Origin: Candidatus Spyradomonas excrementavium
GTDB taxonomy: Bacteria > Cyanobacteriota > Vampirovibrionia > Gastranaerophilales > Gastranaerophilaceae
Assembly (NCBI GenBank): GCA_018714005.1
Contig: DVOA01000051.1
Span: 106 to 64,105 of the forward strand
Direction of reading: 5' to 3'
DNA length: 64,000 nt
The notes below the pieces were generated by a model. That model was given only the letters and a program-made list of their open reading frames with translations, made no database searches and was not told the origin of the DNA. Position numbers and translations under genes: made by a program. Shown here one piece after another: positions 44,479-53,300 of the stretch (the first letter of the stretch is position 1; the number at the start of each line of letters is the position of its first letter).

Positions 44479-45957
44479 CTATTCCGAATACTTCTTAACC
44501 AGCTTGTCGAGCACTTTCACCATCGCGTCTTGATACATTTCGCAATTCTGCTGCGATTTTGCCTCAAAACGGAGCGTAAAAACGGGCTCTGTGTTGCTCT
44601 GGCGAATCATCGCAAATCCGTCTTCAAGAATAATCCTCATCCCGTCAATTGTAACGATTTCTTTTATGGGCGTGGTGAACATTTCGGGCTTTTTCTCCAC
44701 AGTTTTTTTCAACTCGTCCATAACCGGCTTTTTGCACTCGTTCGGACAGCGAAACCGCACTTCTTTTGAGGTGAAAACCTCATCAAACGGCGCAAGCAGC
44801 GATTCCAGCCGGAAATCGGGGTTGTTTTGCTTGTGTTTTGCAATAATTTCAATAATCCTGCACCCCGCATAAATCGCGTCGTCAAAACCGTAATATCTGT
44901 CCTTGAAGAAAATATGACCGCTCATTTCGCCCGCAAGAATGGCGTTTTCTTCTTTCATTTTTGATTTTATGTAACCGTGCCCTGTTTTTGTCATGATTGC
45001 GCACCCGCCGCAGGTGTTAATCGTGTCATAGAGCACCTGTGAGCATTTTACTTCGGATACGACAACCGGTTTTTCGCCGCGTTTTGATAATTGCTCGATA
45101 ACGTCCATAGCGTAGATTAATAAAAGCTTGTCACCCGTTAAAGCGCTGCCTTTTGAGTCAATAACGCCGATTCTGTCAGAATCCCCGTCAAACGCAATGC
45201 CTAAATCCGCGTTGTGTTCCACAACGGCCTTTTTTATTGCGTCAAGCGTCTTTTCGTCGCTCGGGTTGGGGTGGTGGTTCGGGAAATTTCCGTCAGGCTC
45301 AGAGAAAAGTTCAATAACTTCGCAGCCCAAATCCCTGTATAGCTTCGGGCCGACGATTCCGCCCGTTGCGTTTCCGCTGTCAACAACGACTTTTATGCCT
45401 TTGCCGATGGACGCGAATTTGTTCACTATGCTTTCCGTGTATTGTTCAATAATGTCGTAGTTTTTTGTTACGCCGTGGCGGTTTGAGGCTTCACGCGCGT
45501 TGAATTCCTCCATTGTAAGGGTTTTTACGCGCTTAATCTGCTCCTCGGTCATTGAACACTTGTCAAAAGTCATTTTTAACCCGTTATATTCGCTTGGGTT
45601 ATGGCTTGCGGTGACAATCAGGGCTCCGTTGATTTTTCCCGAGCCGATTACGTCAGAGGGAATCGGTGCGAATTCCGAGTAATAACCAAGCGGCGTGGGG
45701 GCTTCGCCCAGGTTAAGAACGTTTGCTCCGGTCGAAACAACGCCTTTTATCAGCGATTTTGTCAAAGAATCGGAGCTCAAACGCACATCGCGCGTCACTG
45801 TGACCCAGATATTTTTCGCTTCAAGGTTGGAATTTTCTTCGATAAAGCGGATATAGCCTTTTCCTGTGTAAAAAAACAGTTCTTCCGTCACGTCTTCGCC
45901 GTAAATCCCGCGAATATCGTTCTTTCCGAATGCTCTCATATCAAGTGTTATAGCCAT
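44479..45957 (-). CDS. Phosphomannomutase/phosphoglucomutase (alpha-D-phosphohexomutase)
   Basis: Active-site TASHNPSEYNGLK. FDGDSDR metal loop. GEMSGH sugar loop. Confidence 0.85.
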   Translation of the reverse strand: MAITLDMRAFGKNDIRGIYGEDVTEELFFYTGKGYIRFIEENSNLEAKNIWVTVTRDVRLSSDSLTKSLIKGVVSTGANVLNLGEAPTPLGYYSEFAPIPSDVIGSGKINGALIVTASHNPSEYNGLKMTFDKCSMTEEQIKRVKTLTMEEFNAREASNRHGVTKNYDIIEQYTESIVNKFASIGKGIKVVVDSGNATGGIVGPKLYRDLGCEVIELFSEPDGNFPNHHPNPSDEKTLDAIKKAVVEHNADLGIAFDGDSDRIGVIDSKGSALTGDKLLLIYAMDVIEQLSKRGEKPVVVSEVKCSQVLYDTINTCGGCAIMTKTGHGYIKSKMKEENAILAGEMSGHIFFKDRYYGFDDAIYAGCRIIEIIAKHKQNNPDFRLESLLAPFDEVFTSKEVRFRCPNECKKPVMDELKKTVEKKPEMFTTPIKEIVTIDGMRIILEDGFAMIRQSNTEPVFTLRFEAKSQQNCEMYQDAMVKVLDKLVKKYSE

Positions 45958-46044
45958 ATCTGCGCTCCGTTTAATCTAATTTGCTTTTTTTATTATTCCA
46001 CAATTGGGCGCGCTGTTCAATATGGCTTTTAATAGTTTGCTGTT

Positions 46045-46978
46045 GGTGGGAACCGCTGCGTCGCTTGTGAAATAATGGGGCGTTTTTTTGCCATGCTATT
46101 CCCACCCTACGGGGGCGATAAAGTAGGGTGGGAATAGCGAAGCGGTTCCCACCGGCAATGAATGTGAAAAAATGGAGCAACTTTGTCGCGTTTTTACACT
46201 TATGTTAAATCATGATAAAATAAAATTTATGTCAAATTATACCCGGCTTTTTCTTAATGGTTTTAATTATATTTTTGTAACAATCGTTACAAATGAACGT
46301 CAGAAGATACTCATAGAAAATATTGATATTTTAAGAAAATCATTCAAATCTGCGCTGGAAAAATTTCCGTTTGAAATTTATGCTGCGGTGGTTCTTCCTG
46401 ACCATATGCATTTAATTTTAAAACTCCAAAATGTTGAGGATTATCCAAAAATTATATATTCAATAAAATATAATTTTTCTTTAAAAATGCCGAAAAATGC
46501 GGCTTTTTTGAGTCAAAGCAAAATTAAAAAGGGTGAAAAAGGTATCTGGCAGCGGCGTTATTGGGAACATACCATCAGGGATGAAGAGGATTTGGCAAAG
46601 CATTTGGATTATGTTCATTTTAATCCCATAAAACATGGGTATGTCAAAGTTGTGGGGAAATATGAATATTCTTCTTTTAAAAAGTTTGTAAAAATGGGGT
46701 TTTATGATTCTTCATGGTGCAATTTTGAGGATAAGAATAAGATTGTTGGGTTGGATTTTGAGTAGTTGGTGCTGGTGGGAACCGCTGCGTCGCTTGTAAA
46801 ATAATGCGGCGTTTTTTACCATGCTATTCCCACCCTACGTTGGCAATAAAGTAGGGTGAAAATAGTGCTGGTGGGAACCGCTGCGTCGCTTGTAAAATAA
46901 TCCGGTGTTTTTTGCTGTTGCTATTCCCACCCTACGGGGGCGATAAAGTAGGGTGGGAATAGCGAAGCGGTTCCCACC
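46045..46978 (+). mobile_element. REPtron: RAYT gene flanked by one left and two right REP composite units
   Basis: GGTGGGAACCGCTGCGTCGCT...CTATTCCCACCCTAC-loop-GTAGGGTGGGAATAGCGAAGCGGTTCCCACC at 46045-46153, 46774-46865 and 46866-46978. Confidence 0.8.
46229..46765 (+). CDS. REP-associated tyrosine transposase (RAYT, IS200/IS605-like Y1 transposase)
   Basis: HUH motif LPDHMHLIL. Catalytic-Tyr region YVHFNPIKHGYV. IFVTIVTNERQ N-terminus. Start 46229 or 46172. Confidence 0.85.
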   Translation: MSNYTRLFLNGFNYIFVTIVTNERQKILIENIDILRKSFKSALEKFPFEIYAAVVLPDHMHLILKLQNVEDYPKIIYSIKYNFSLKMPKNAAFLSQSKIKKGEKGIWQRRYWEHTIRDEEDLAKHLDYVHFNPIKHGYVKVVGKYEYSSFKKFVKMGFYDSSWCNFEDKNKIVGLDFE

Positions 46979-47060
46979 GCCAACAAACGTGAAAAACAAA
47001 GTAGAGGGGCACCAATAATTAAAAAGATGTTATAATGAATCCGCAAAGGAGAATTATATT

Positions 47061-48299
47061 ATGGAAATCGAAAATTTAAGAAAAGAAAACAAACTCATCG
47101 ACCTGTTCTGCACTCTGGCGAAAATCCCCTCCCCGTCCGGACAGGAAGACAAAGTTTCCGATAAAATCATTGAAATATTAACAAATGCGGGCATAAAAGC
47201 CGAATACGACGACTTTAAAAACGTAATCGCAAAAATTCCCGCCACCGACCCAACGAAAAAACCGGTTGCCCTCTCCGCCCACATGGACGTAATCGGCGAT
47301 AATTCACCCGTGAACATTTGCTATGACGGCAAATTCATTGAAACGGACAAAAAACGCACACTCGGCGCGGATGACAAAGCCGGCGTTGCCGCTGCAATGC
47401 AGCTTGCGATGGAAATTGCGTCCGATAAAGACTTAAAACACGGAGGTCTTGAACTTGTGTTCACAAAAGACGAAGAACAGGGGCTTTCCGGCATAAATCA
47501 CTTTGATTTTTCACGCCTTGAATCCGAATATGTGCTCGTAATCGACGCAGACAAAGCCGGACAAATCCTTGTTGCCGGCGCAAGCTACACAAACGCAATT
47601 TTAAGCGTAAACGCTTTCAAAGGTGGGCATTCAGGTATTGATATAGCCGACAAAACCCGCGCAAACGCCGTAAAACTCATTGCCGAGCTGATAAACGAAA
47701 TCCCGCAGGGCGTTTACAAGGCAAATGAACTCGGCGTAATCACCTCAATCAACGTCGGAAGCGTAATTGGAGGCGGCGTTGAGCCCTGTATCAAGCAAAT
47801 CAGCGATGAAAGCATAAAATCCGAATGTTTTGTGGACTACATCAGCGAAAAATCAATGACAAACCTCATAAACACCCACGCACGCGCCAGATATTCCATC
47901 AGGAGCTCCGAGGTCGATACAGAAAACGAATTAATCGCAAAAATCCAAAAAATTGTCGAAGATTTTAACAAAAAATATGACGGAATCGCCTCCGCAGAGT
48001 TCCTTGTAACCCCGCATTTACCTGCTTTTGAGCGTTCAAATGACGATACGATTGAAAAAGTCGGAAAAGAAGCCTGCGAAAAAGCCGGCTTAAAGCCCGA
48101 CATCAGCTCTTTCCACGCAGGTGCGGAAACGCACGTTTATGCAAAACAAAAAAACAAAAACGGCGTTCCATTCAAGCCCTATCTAATCGGCAGCGCGGAT
48201 GTTTTCAACATGCATTCGCCGGATGAAAAAATGGACGCAGCTTCATACCTGAAAGGCTACGAATCGATAAAAAACATGTTTTTAATTTTCAACAAATAG
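47061..48299 (+). CDS. M20-family metallopeptidase, peptidase T-like
   Basis: SPSGQE...SAHMDV...LGADDKAGVAA...TKDEEQGLSG. Confidence 0.7.
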   Translation: MEIENLRKENKLIDLFCTLAKIPSPSGQEDKVSDKIIEILTNAGIKAEYDDFKNVIAKIPATDPTKKPVALSAHMDVIGDNSPVNICYDGKFIETDKKRTLGADDKAGVAAAMQLAMEIASDKDLKHGGLELVFTKDEEQGLSGINHFDFSRLESEYVLVIDADKAGQILVAGASYTNAILSVNAFKGGHSGIDIADKTRANAVKLIAELINEIPQGVYKANELGVITSINVGSVIGGGVEPCIKQISDESIKSECFVDYISEKSMTNLINTHARARYSIRSSEVDTENELIAKIQKIVEDFNKKYDGIASAEFLVTPHLPAFERSNDDTIEKVGKEACEKAGLKPDISSFHAGAETHVYAKQKNKNGVPFKPYLIGSADVFNMHSPDEKMDAASYLKGYESIKNMFLIFNK

Positions 48300-48308
48300 C
48301 AATTAACA

Positions 48309-48345
48309 AAAACCGGCGCGGGAATCTGCCTGCACCGGTTTTATT
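48309..48345. terminator. Candidate terminator between convergent genes
   Basis: AACCGGCGC...GCACCGGTT imperfect hairpin followed by TTATTTT. Confidence 0.45.
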
Positions 48346-49252
48346 TTAGATTTTTCAGCCTGCCGCGCCATTTTTTCAGGAATTTTTTTCTGTTTTGCTT
48401 GATTAGCCGCTCTGTGCTTTCTTTAAAGCTGCACCCGCAAAAATGTATTACTTCGGACTCCGGCTGATAAATGGTTTTGCAGCCGATTTCTTTGATTCTC
48501 AGGCACAGGTCTGTTTCTTCGTAATAACCGGGAGAAAACAATGTGTCAAAGCCGCCGAGGTTGTCCCAGAGCGCTTTTCTGACCATCAGGCTCGCTCCGC
48601 AGCAATAATTTACCTCTTTAAGCTCGTTGAATTCAGGAGCAAGCGGGTTTTTGAAAATCCCTATGGAGGCAGTGCTGCCGTCTTTTTTTATTATTGAGCC
48701 TGCGCCCTGCAATTTTCCGTCGGGAAAGATTAATTTTGAGCCGGCTGCGCCGCAATCTTTTACTTTATCTAAAATTTCAGCAAGCTTTTCCATCGCATTT
48801 TCAAGAAGCTGGGTGTCGTTGTTGAGCAAGTACAAATATTCGCCTTTTGCGGCTTTTGCCCCTGAATTGCAGTTTTTCAAAAATCCTGCGTTTTTTTCGT
48901 TTCTGATTACTTTGATATTTTTTACGTATTCCTCGATTTTTCGGGTTTCGTCGGTTGAATGGTCGTCGATTAAGATTATTTCGTAGTTTTTTGCTTTTGT
49001 GCTCTGCAATATCGATTCGAGGCATTTCATTGTCAATTCAAACTGGTTGTAAACAGGAATAATGACAGAAATTTTGGGATTATCGGTTTTTTCAAAATGT
49101 AGAAATTTTGCGGGTGTTTTTATTATGGAATTTGTGTATTTTTCGTGCGCGCGGCTGATTAGCCCGTAATCGAGTTCTCTGTTGAACTTTTCGTAAAATT
49201 TTTTACGGTATTTTTCGTACAAGTCTGAAAAAAACGGTATTTTTCGTTTCAT
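48341..49252 (-). CDS. Family 2 glycosyltransferase
   Basis: ISVIIPVYNQ...LIDDHSTDET...LLNNDT. Confidence 0.8.
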   Translation of the reverse strand: MKRKIPFFSDLYEKYRKKFYEKFNRELDYGLISRAHEKYTNSIIKTPAKFLHFEKTDNPKISVIIPVYNQFELTMKCLESILQSTKAKNYEIILIDDHSTDETRKIEEYVKNIKVIRNEKNAGFLKNCNSGAKAAKGEYLYLLNNDTQLLENAMEKLAEILDKVKDCGAAGSKLIFPDGKLQGAGSIIKKDGSTASIGIFKNPLAPEFNELKEVNYCCGASLMVRKALWDNLGGFDTLFSPGYYEETDLCLRIKEIGCKTIYQPESEVIHFCGCSFKESTERLIKQNRKKFLKKWRGRLKNLK

Positions 49253-49255
49253 AAT

Positions 49256-50092
49256 TTATGTCCAAATAAGCAAAAACAATACCGCAATCAGCGCTGCAAA
49301 CTCTGCAATCGCTGTAAAAAGCATTATTTTAAAAAGTTTTTTGTATTTGTTCAATTTCTTTAACTGCCCTCTAAAAACCTTGTCAATAAAGGATTTTTCC
49401 TCCAAAAACAACGGAAAATGATGGGAAATTATATTTTTGTAAATATTATCCATCTGTGTTTTAGTGATTTTGGAGGTTCTGGATTCTTCTTTGTATTGCC
49501 GGTAATTGAATAAAAATTCGTCGATTTGGTGAAATTTAAACCCGTTTTCAAGAAATGAAAGCCACAAATCCCAGTCTTCATAGCCGTCATTCATATATTC
49601 TTTGTACCCGCCGAGCTTTTCAAAGTCGGATTTTCTGAACAATGCACTTACAAAAACATGATTTGTATAAAGCATTTCGTTCTTGTTAAATTCAGGAAGC
49701 TTCCAGATTCCCTGTTTTGAACCGAAATATCTTGCTTTGCAATAAACTACGCCAATTTCGGGATTATTTTGCAGAATTTTTACCGCTTTTTCCACATAAT
49801 CAGGCTCAATTGCGTCATCGGCGTCCAACGGCAGGATGTAGGTGCCTGTTGACTTGCTGATGGCGAGGTTTCTTGCTTTTACGACGCCTTTGTTTTCTTT
49901 TTGGTCTAAAAATAACATTTGCTTGAATTTTGGGGCGATTCCGGTGATTATTTCTGCGGTTTCATCTGTTGAACCGTCATTGATACAAACAATTTCTATC
50001 TCCGGATAAGTCTGCGCTGCAGCGGATTCGATTGCGTCGATTACATATTTAGATTGGTTGTAGCAGGGGATTATAATTGATACCTTTTCCAT
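49256..50092 (-). CDS. Family 2 glycosyltransferase with a C-terminal TM helix
   Basis: VSIIIPCYNQ...INDGSTDET...LPLDADD. Confidence 0.8.
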   Translation of the reverse strand: MEKVSIIIPCYNQSKYVIDAIESAAAQTYPEIEIVCINDGSTDETAEIITGIAPKFKQMLFLDQKENKGVVKARNLAISKSTGTYILPLDADDAIEPDYVEKAVKILQNNPEIGVVYCKARYFGSKQGIWKLPEFNKNEMLYTNHVFVSALFRKSDFEKLGGYKEYMNDGYEDWDLWLSFLENGFKFHQIDEFLFNYRQYKEESRTSKITKTQMDNIYKNIISHHFPLFLEEKSFIDKVFRGQLKKLNKYKKLFKIMLFTAIAEFAALIAVLFLLIWT

Positions 50093-50252
50093 ATTTTTTC
50101 CTTAATGTGATATATAATGTTGAATTTATCCTAAAAAATCTACATGAATTGTATATTTATACACCTAAAATGTCAACATTAAATCTAAATAGTGATATAT
50201 GGCGCTGTTTTTTATATTTGCATATGTTGCAATAATATTTAAGAGATTTGAT

Positions 50253-50570
50253 ATGGACAAAAATAAAGATTTAGGAAAACGAATAAAAGAGCTTAGAAAA
50301 AGCAAAGGTTTTACGCAGGAGCGTTTATCAGAAATCGTAGGTGTAGACCCGAAGCATTTAAGCAGAATAGAATGCGGGAAAAATGTTCCGTCTATTGATT
50401 TGATTACGAGAATTTCTTCGGTGCTGGGGATTGAATTGCAGATGTTTTTCCAGACTTCCCATTTAAAAAGCAAAGACAGCCTGATTAAGGAAATTAATAA
50501 AATATTGGACAATGAAACCGAAGAAAAAGTTCGTTTGTATTACAAAATTTTGATGGATATATCTGTTTAG
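50253..50570 (+). CDS. XRE-family HTH transcriptional regulator
   Basis: LGKRIKELRKSKGFTQERLSEIVGVDPKHLSRIECGKNVPS. ATG 50253 preferred over 50199. Confidence 0.7.
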   Translation: MDKNKDLGKRIKELRKSKGFTQERLSEIVGVDPKHLSRIECGKNVPSIDLITRISSVLGIELQMFFQTSHLKSKDSLIKEINKILDNETEEKVRLYYKILMDISV

Positions 50571-50593
50571 CATCTGGTTTCCGGTGGAAATTG

Positions 50594-50602
50594 TGCTATA
50601 AT
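50594..50602 (+). promoter_or_regulatory. Extended -10 (TGCTATAAT) upstream of ssrA
   Basis: TGnTATAAT about 36 nt upstream of the mature tmRNA 5' end. Confidence 0.45.
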
Positions 50603-50637
50603 ATTTATTACACAGTACTTTGAATTATGAATACTAT

Positions 50638-51040
50638 GGGGACGTTTTGGATTTGACGGGGTGATCGTTTGTATCAAACTGCGGGTCCGAGCGCTGTTCT
50701 CGGTTATCAACGAGCAAATTAAATTAAACGCTAACAACGTTATCGAAGGCAATTTTGCACCTAGAGCTTACGCTTTAGCTGCTTAGTCCGACAGACTGGA
50801 CTATGCCCACTCTGTACGGCCAGCTTGCCGCTGTGCAGGGTCAATTATGCAAGACGCAGTGCAACGATGAGAATTAATTGCATCAAGACTTTTCTCAAAG
50901 CGCGTATCGCTTAAAACTGCTTTGTTTTAGCTCAGGTTATGGACGCTTTCCTTGCTAAAATGAGATAAAATGCACCTACGCTCGTAGATGTTTGCTGCAT
51001 TCCATTTCGGACAGGGGTTCGATTCCCCTCGTCTCCACCA
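50638..51040 (+). ncRNA. ssrA: tmRNA (SsrA), one-piece form
   Basis: 5' GGGGACG pairs with 3' CGTCTCC-A-CCA. T-arm GGGGTTCGATTCCCC. Tag reading frame 50730-50786 encodes ANNVIEGNFAPRAYALAA then a stop. Confidence 0.92.
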
Positions 51041-51070
51041 TTAAAAAAATAATTCAAATTTGAAAAAGGG

Positions 51071-51149
51071 AAATCGAACCCCGACGGGGTTCTCCCCTCT
51101 CGCGAAACGATACTCAATCGTTCCGCTCGGCAGAGTCTTCGTCTCCACA
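51071..51149 (+). other. Degenerate duplicate of the ssrA 3' end, interrupted by a 36-38-nt hairpin module
   Basis: GGGGTTCTCCCCTC[module]TTCGTCTCCACA against ssrA GGGGTTCGATTCCCCTCGTCTCCACCA. Preceded by an inverted copy, AAATCGAACCCC. Confidence 0.45.
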
Positions 51150-51231
51150 GAAAAGAATCAAATTGTGTGTGATTTAAGTAAACTCTTCGCAACAATTCGA
51201 TGTGCGTGGCTAGTTTGTATTATAATAAAAA

Positions 51232-52371
51232 TTGATATGTGGAGGTTTCAGATTGCCTGTTAAGGAGTATGAAAAAAAGAAAGGTTACTACGTCAGAGCG
51301 AGGGTTTTGCCTGCTAAAACATCGTTGAAACTAGTAGTAAATAATCTTCCCGCTCAAGTAAAACTCTATACTTTTTCAATTAATAACAGACGATATCTTG
51401 GGAATAAGTATAAGTTAAACGAATTTATAAAATCTACGATTGCCGAAGAATGCGGTAAATTCGAGACTTTTGCGGATTTATTTGCCGGAACAGGAGCAGT
51501 TGCATCGCTTTTTCCTGATAAACATTTAATCGTAAACGATATTCTTTACAGCAATTATGTATGTCACCAAACTTGGTTTGGGGCAGAAAAGTATTCTGAA
51601 TCTAAAATTGTTGGTTATATAAACAAATATAATGAAATCAAAATTGTTTCAAACAACTACATGTCAAAAAATTATGCTGAAACTTACTTTAGTACCGTAA
51701 ATTGTAAAAAAATTGGCTATATTCGAGAAGATATAGAAAAGAATTTTAAATCAGGATTGTTAAATAGGAGAGAGAAATATATTTTAATAACTTCGTTATT
51801 GTATGCTATGGATAAAATAGCAAATACCTGCGGGCATTATGATGCTTACCGGAAAAATGGAGAATTAGATAAGGCATTGATACTCGGGATACCTTTAATA
51901 AAAGAAACAAATTCTGATAATGAAATTTACAATGAAGATATTAATAATCTTGTCAAAGTTGTTTCTGCTGATGTTGTATATTTAGATCCACCGTATAATT
52001 CTAGACAATATTGCGATGCGTATCATTTACTTGAAAATGTTGCAAGGTGGGAAAAACCGGAAGTATTTGGTGTTGCCAAAAAGATGGATAGAACTACTCT
52101 CAAAAGCGATTATTGTACAACAAATGCAGTTAGTGCTTTTGAAGATTTGATTTTCAATATAAAGGCAAAATATATCGTGCTTTCCTATAATAATATGGCG
52201 GAAAAAGGAGATGAGCGCTCTAATGCAAAATTATCCGATAATGATATCTATAGGATTCTAAATAAAAAAGGGAAAGTAAAAACATTTGAACAAGAATATA
52301 AAGCATTTTCTACAGGGAAATCCAATCTTGGAAAAAATGCGGAAAGATTGTTTGTATGCCGATGCTTTTAG
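51232..52371 (+). CDS. N6-adenine DNA methyltransferase (alpha-type, D12-class-like)
   Basis: RRYLGNKYKL, FADLFAGTGAVA (motif I), DPPYNSRQY (motif IV). An alternative TTG start at 51253 has GGAGG 7 nt upstream. Confidence 0.8.
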   Translation: MICGGFRLPVKEYEKKKGYYVRARVLPAKTSLKLVVNNLPAQVKLYTFSINNRRYLGNKYKLNEFIKSTIAEECGKFETFADLFAGTGAVASLFPDKHLIVNDILYSNYVCHQTWFGAEKYSESKIVGYINKYNEIKIVSNNYMSKNYAETYFSTVNCKKIGYIREDIEKNFKSGLLNRREKYILITSLLYAMDKIANTCGHYDAYRKNGELDKALILGIPLIKETNSDNEIYNEDINNLVKVVSADVVYLDPPYNSRQYCDAYHLLENVARWEKPEVFGVAKKMDRTTLKSDYCTTNAVSAFEDLIFNIKAKYIVLSYNNMAEKGDERSNAKLSDNDIYRILNKKGKVKTFEQEYKAFSTGKSNLGKNAERLFVCRCF

Positions 52372-53300
52372 AATCTGAAGCCAAATTAGAACTTATACAA
52401 TCTCCGCTAAATTATACGGGCGGAAAATTTAAACTGCTTCCGCAAATTCTTCCGCTGTTTCCACAAAATATTGATATTTTTGTGGATTTGTTTTGTGGTG
52501 GGGCCAATGTTGGGGCTAATGTCAAAAGTAAGCAAATTATTTTGAATGATACAAATTATAATTTAACCTCATTATTTAGTATATTTAAGAATTTGGGAAA
52601 TGATTTTTTATACTTACTTGATGAAATAATTGAAAAATATGGTTTATCTCAAAGCGCTAAATTTGGATATGATTATTATAACTGTGATAGCAATTCCGGT
52701 TTAGCGCAATATAACAAAGATAAATTTTTAAAACTAAGGGAAGATTTTAATAATAAAAAAACAGTTGACTATTATTACTATGCAATGCTTTATACATTGA
52801 TAATTTATTCCTTTAACAATCAAATTAGGTTCAATGCAAAGGGAAAATTCAATTTACCGGTAGGGAAACGTGATTTTAATGAAAAAATGAAGCGAAAATT
52901 GCAAAATTTTATTGCCCGGCTGAAAGAAAAAGAGTATGAGTTTTCTAATTTAGATTTTAGAGAGTTTGATATTTCTAAATTAAATTCAAATAGCTTTGTA
53001 TATGCAGACCCACCGTATTTAATCACCTGTGCAACATATAACGAGCAAGACGGTTGGAATGAAAATGATGAAAAGGATTTATTGAAATTTTTGGATAAAT
53101 TAAATGACAACAACATTAAATTCGCCTTATCCAATGTTTTAAAGAGTAAAGGAAAAGAAAACTCTATCCTTATGGATTGGGCAGAGCAAAATAGGTATAA
53201 ATACAAGATTCTAAACTTGAATTATAGTTATAACAATTCAAATTACCATACTAAAAATAAAGATGACGCTACAGAAGAAGTTTTAATTATTAATTATTAA
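52356..53300 (+). CDS. Dam-like N6-adenine DNA methyltransferase (D12 class)
   Basis: PLNYTGGKFKLLPQI, DLFCGGANV, ADPPYL. Overlaps the upstream methyltransferase gene by 16 nt. Confidence 0.85.
   Translation: MPMLLESEAKLELIQSPLNYTGGKFKLLPQILPLFPQNIDIFVDLFCGGANVGANVKSKQIILNDTNYNLTSLFSIFKNLGNDFLYLLDEIIEKYGLSQSAKFGYDYYNCDSNSGLAQYNKDKFLKLREDFNNKKTVDYYYYAMLYTLIIYSFNNQIRFNAKGKFNLPVGKRDFNEKMKRKLQNFIARLKEKEYEFSNLDFREFDISKLNSNSFVYADPPYLITCATYNEQDGWNENDEKDLLKFLDKLNDNNIKFALSNVLKSKGKENSILMDWAEQNRYKYKILNLNYSYNNSNYHTKNKDDATEEVLIINY

Noticed and set aside
3801-46978. Whether the many short repeated hairpins could be a CRISPR array.
   Set aside because: The repeats are of several different sequences and are scattered across intergenic regions. 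They do not alternate regularly with unique spacers, and no cas genes are present.
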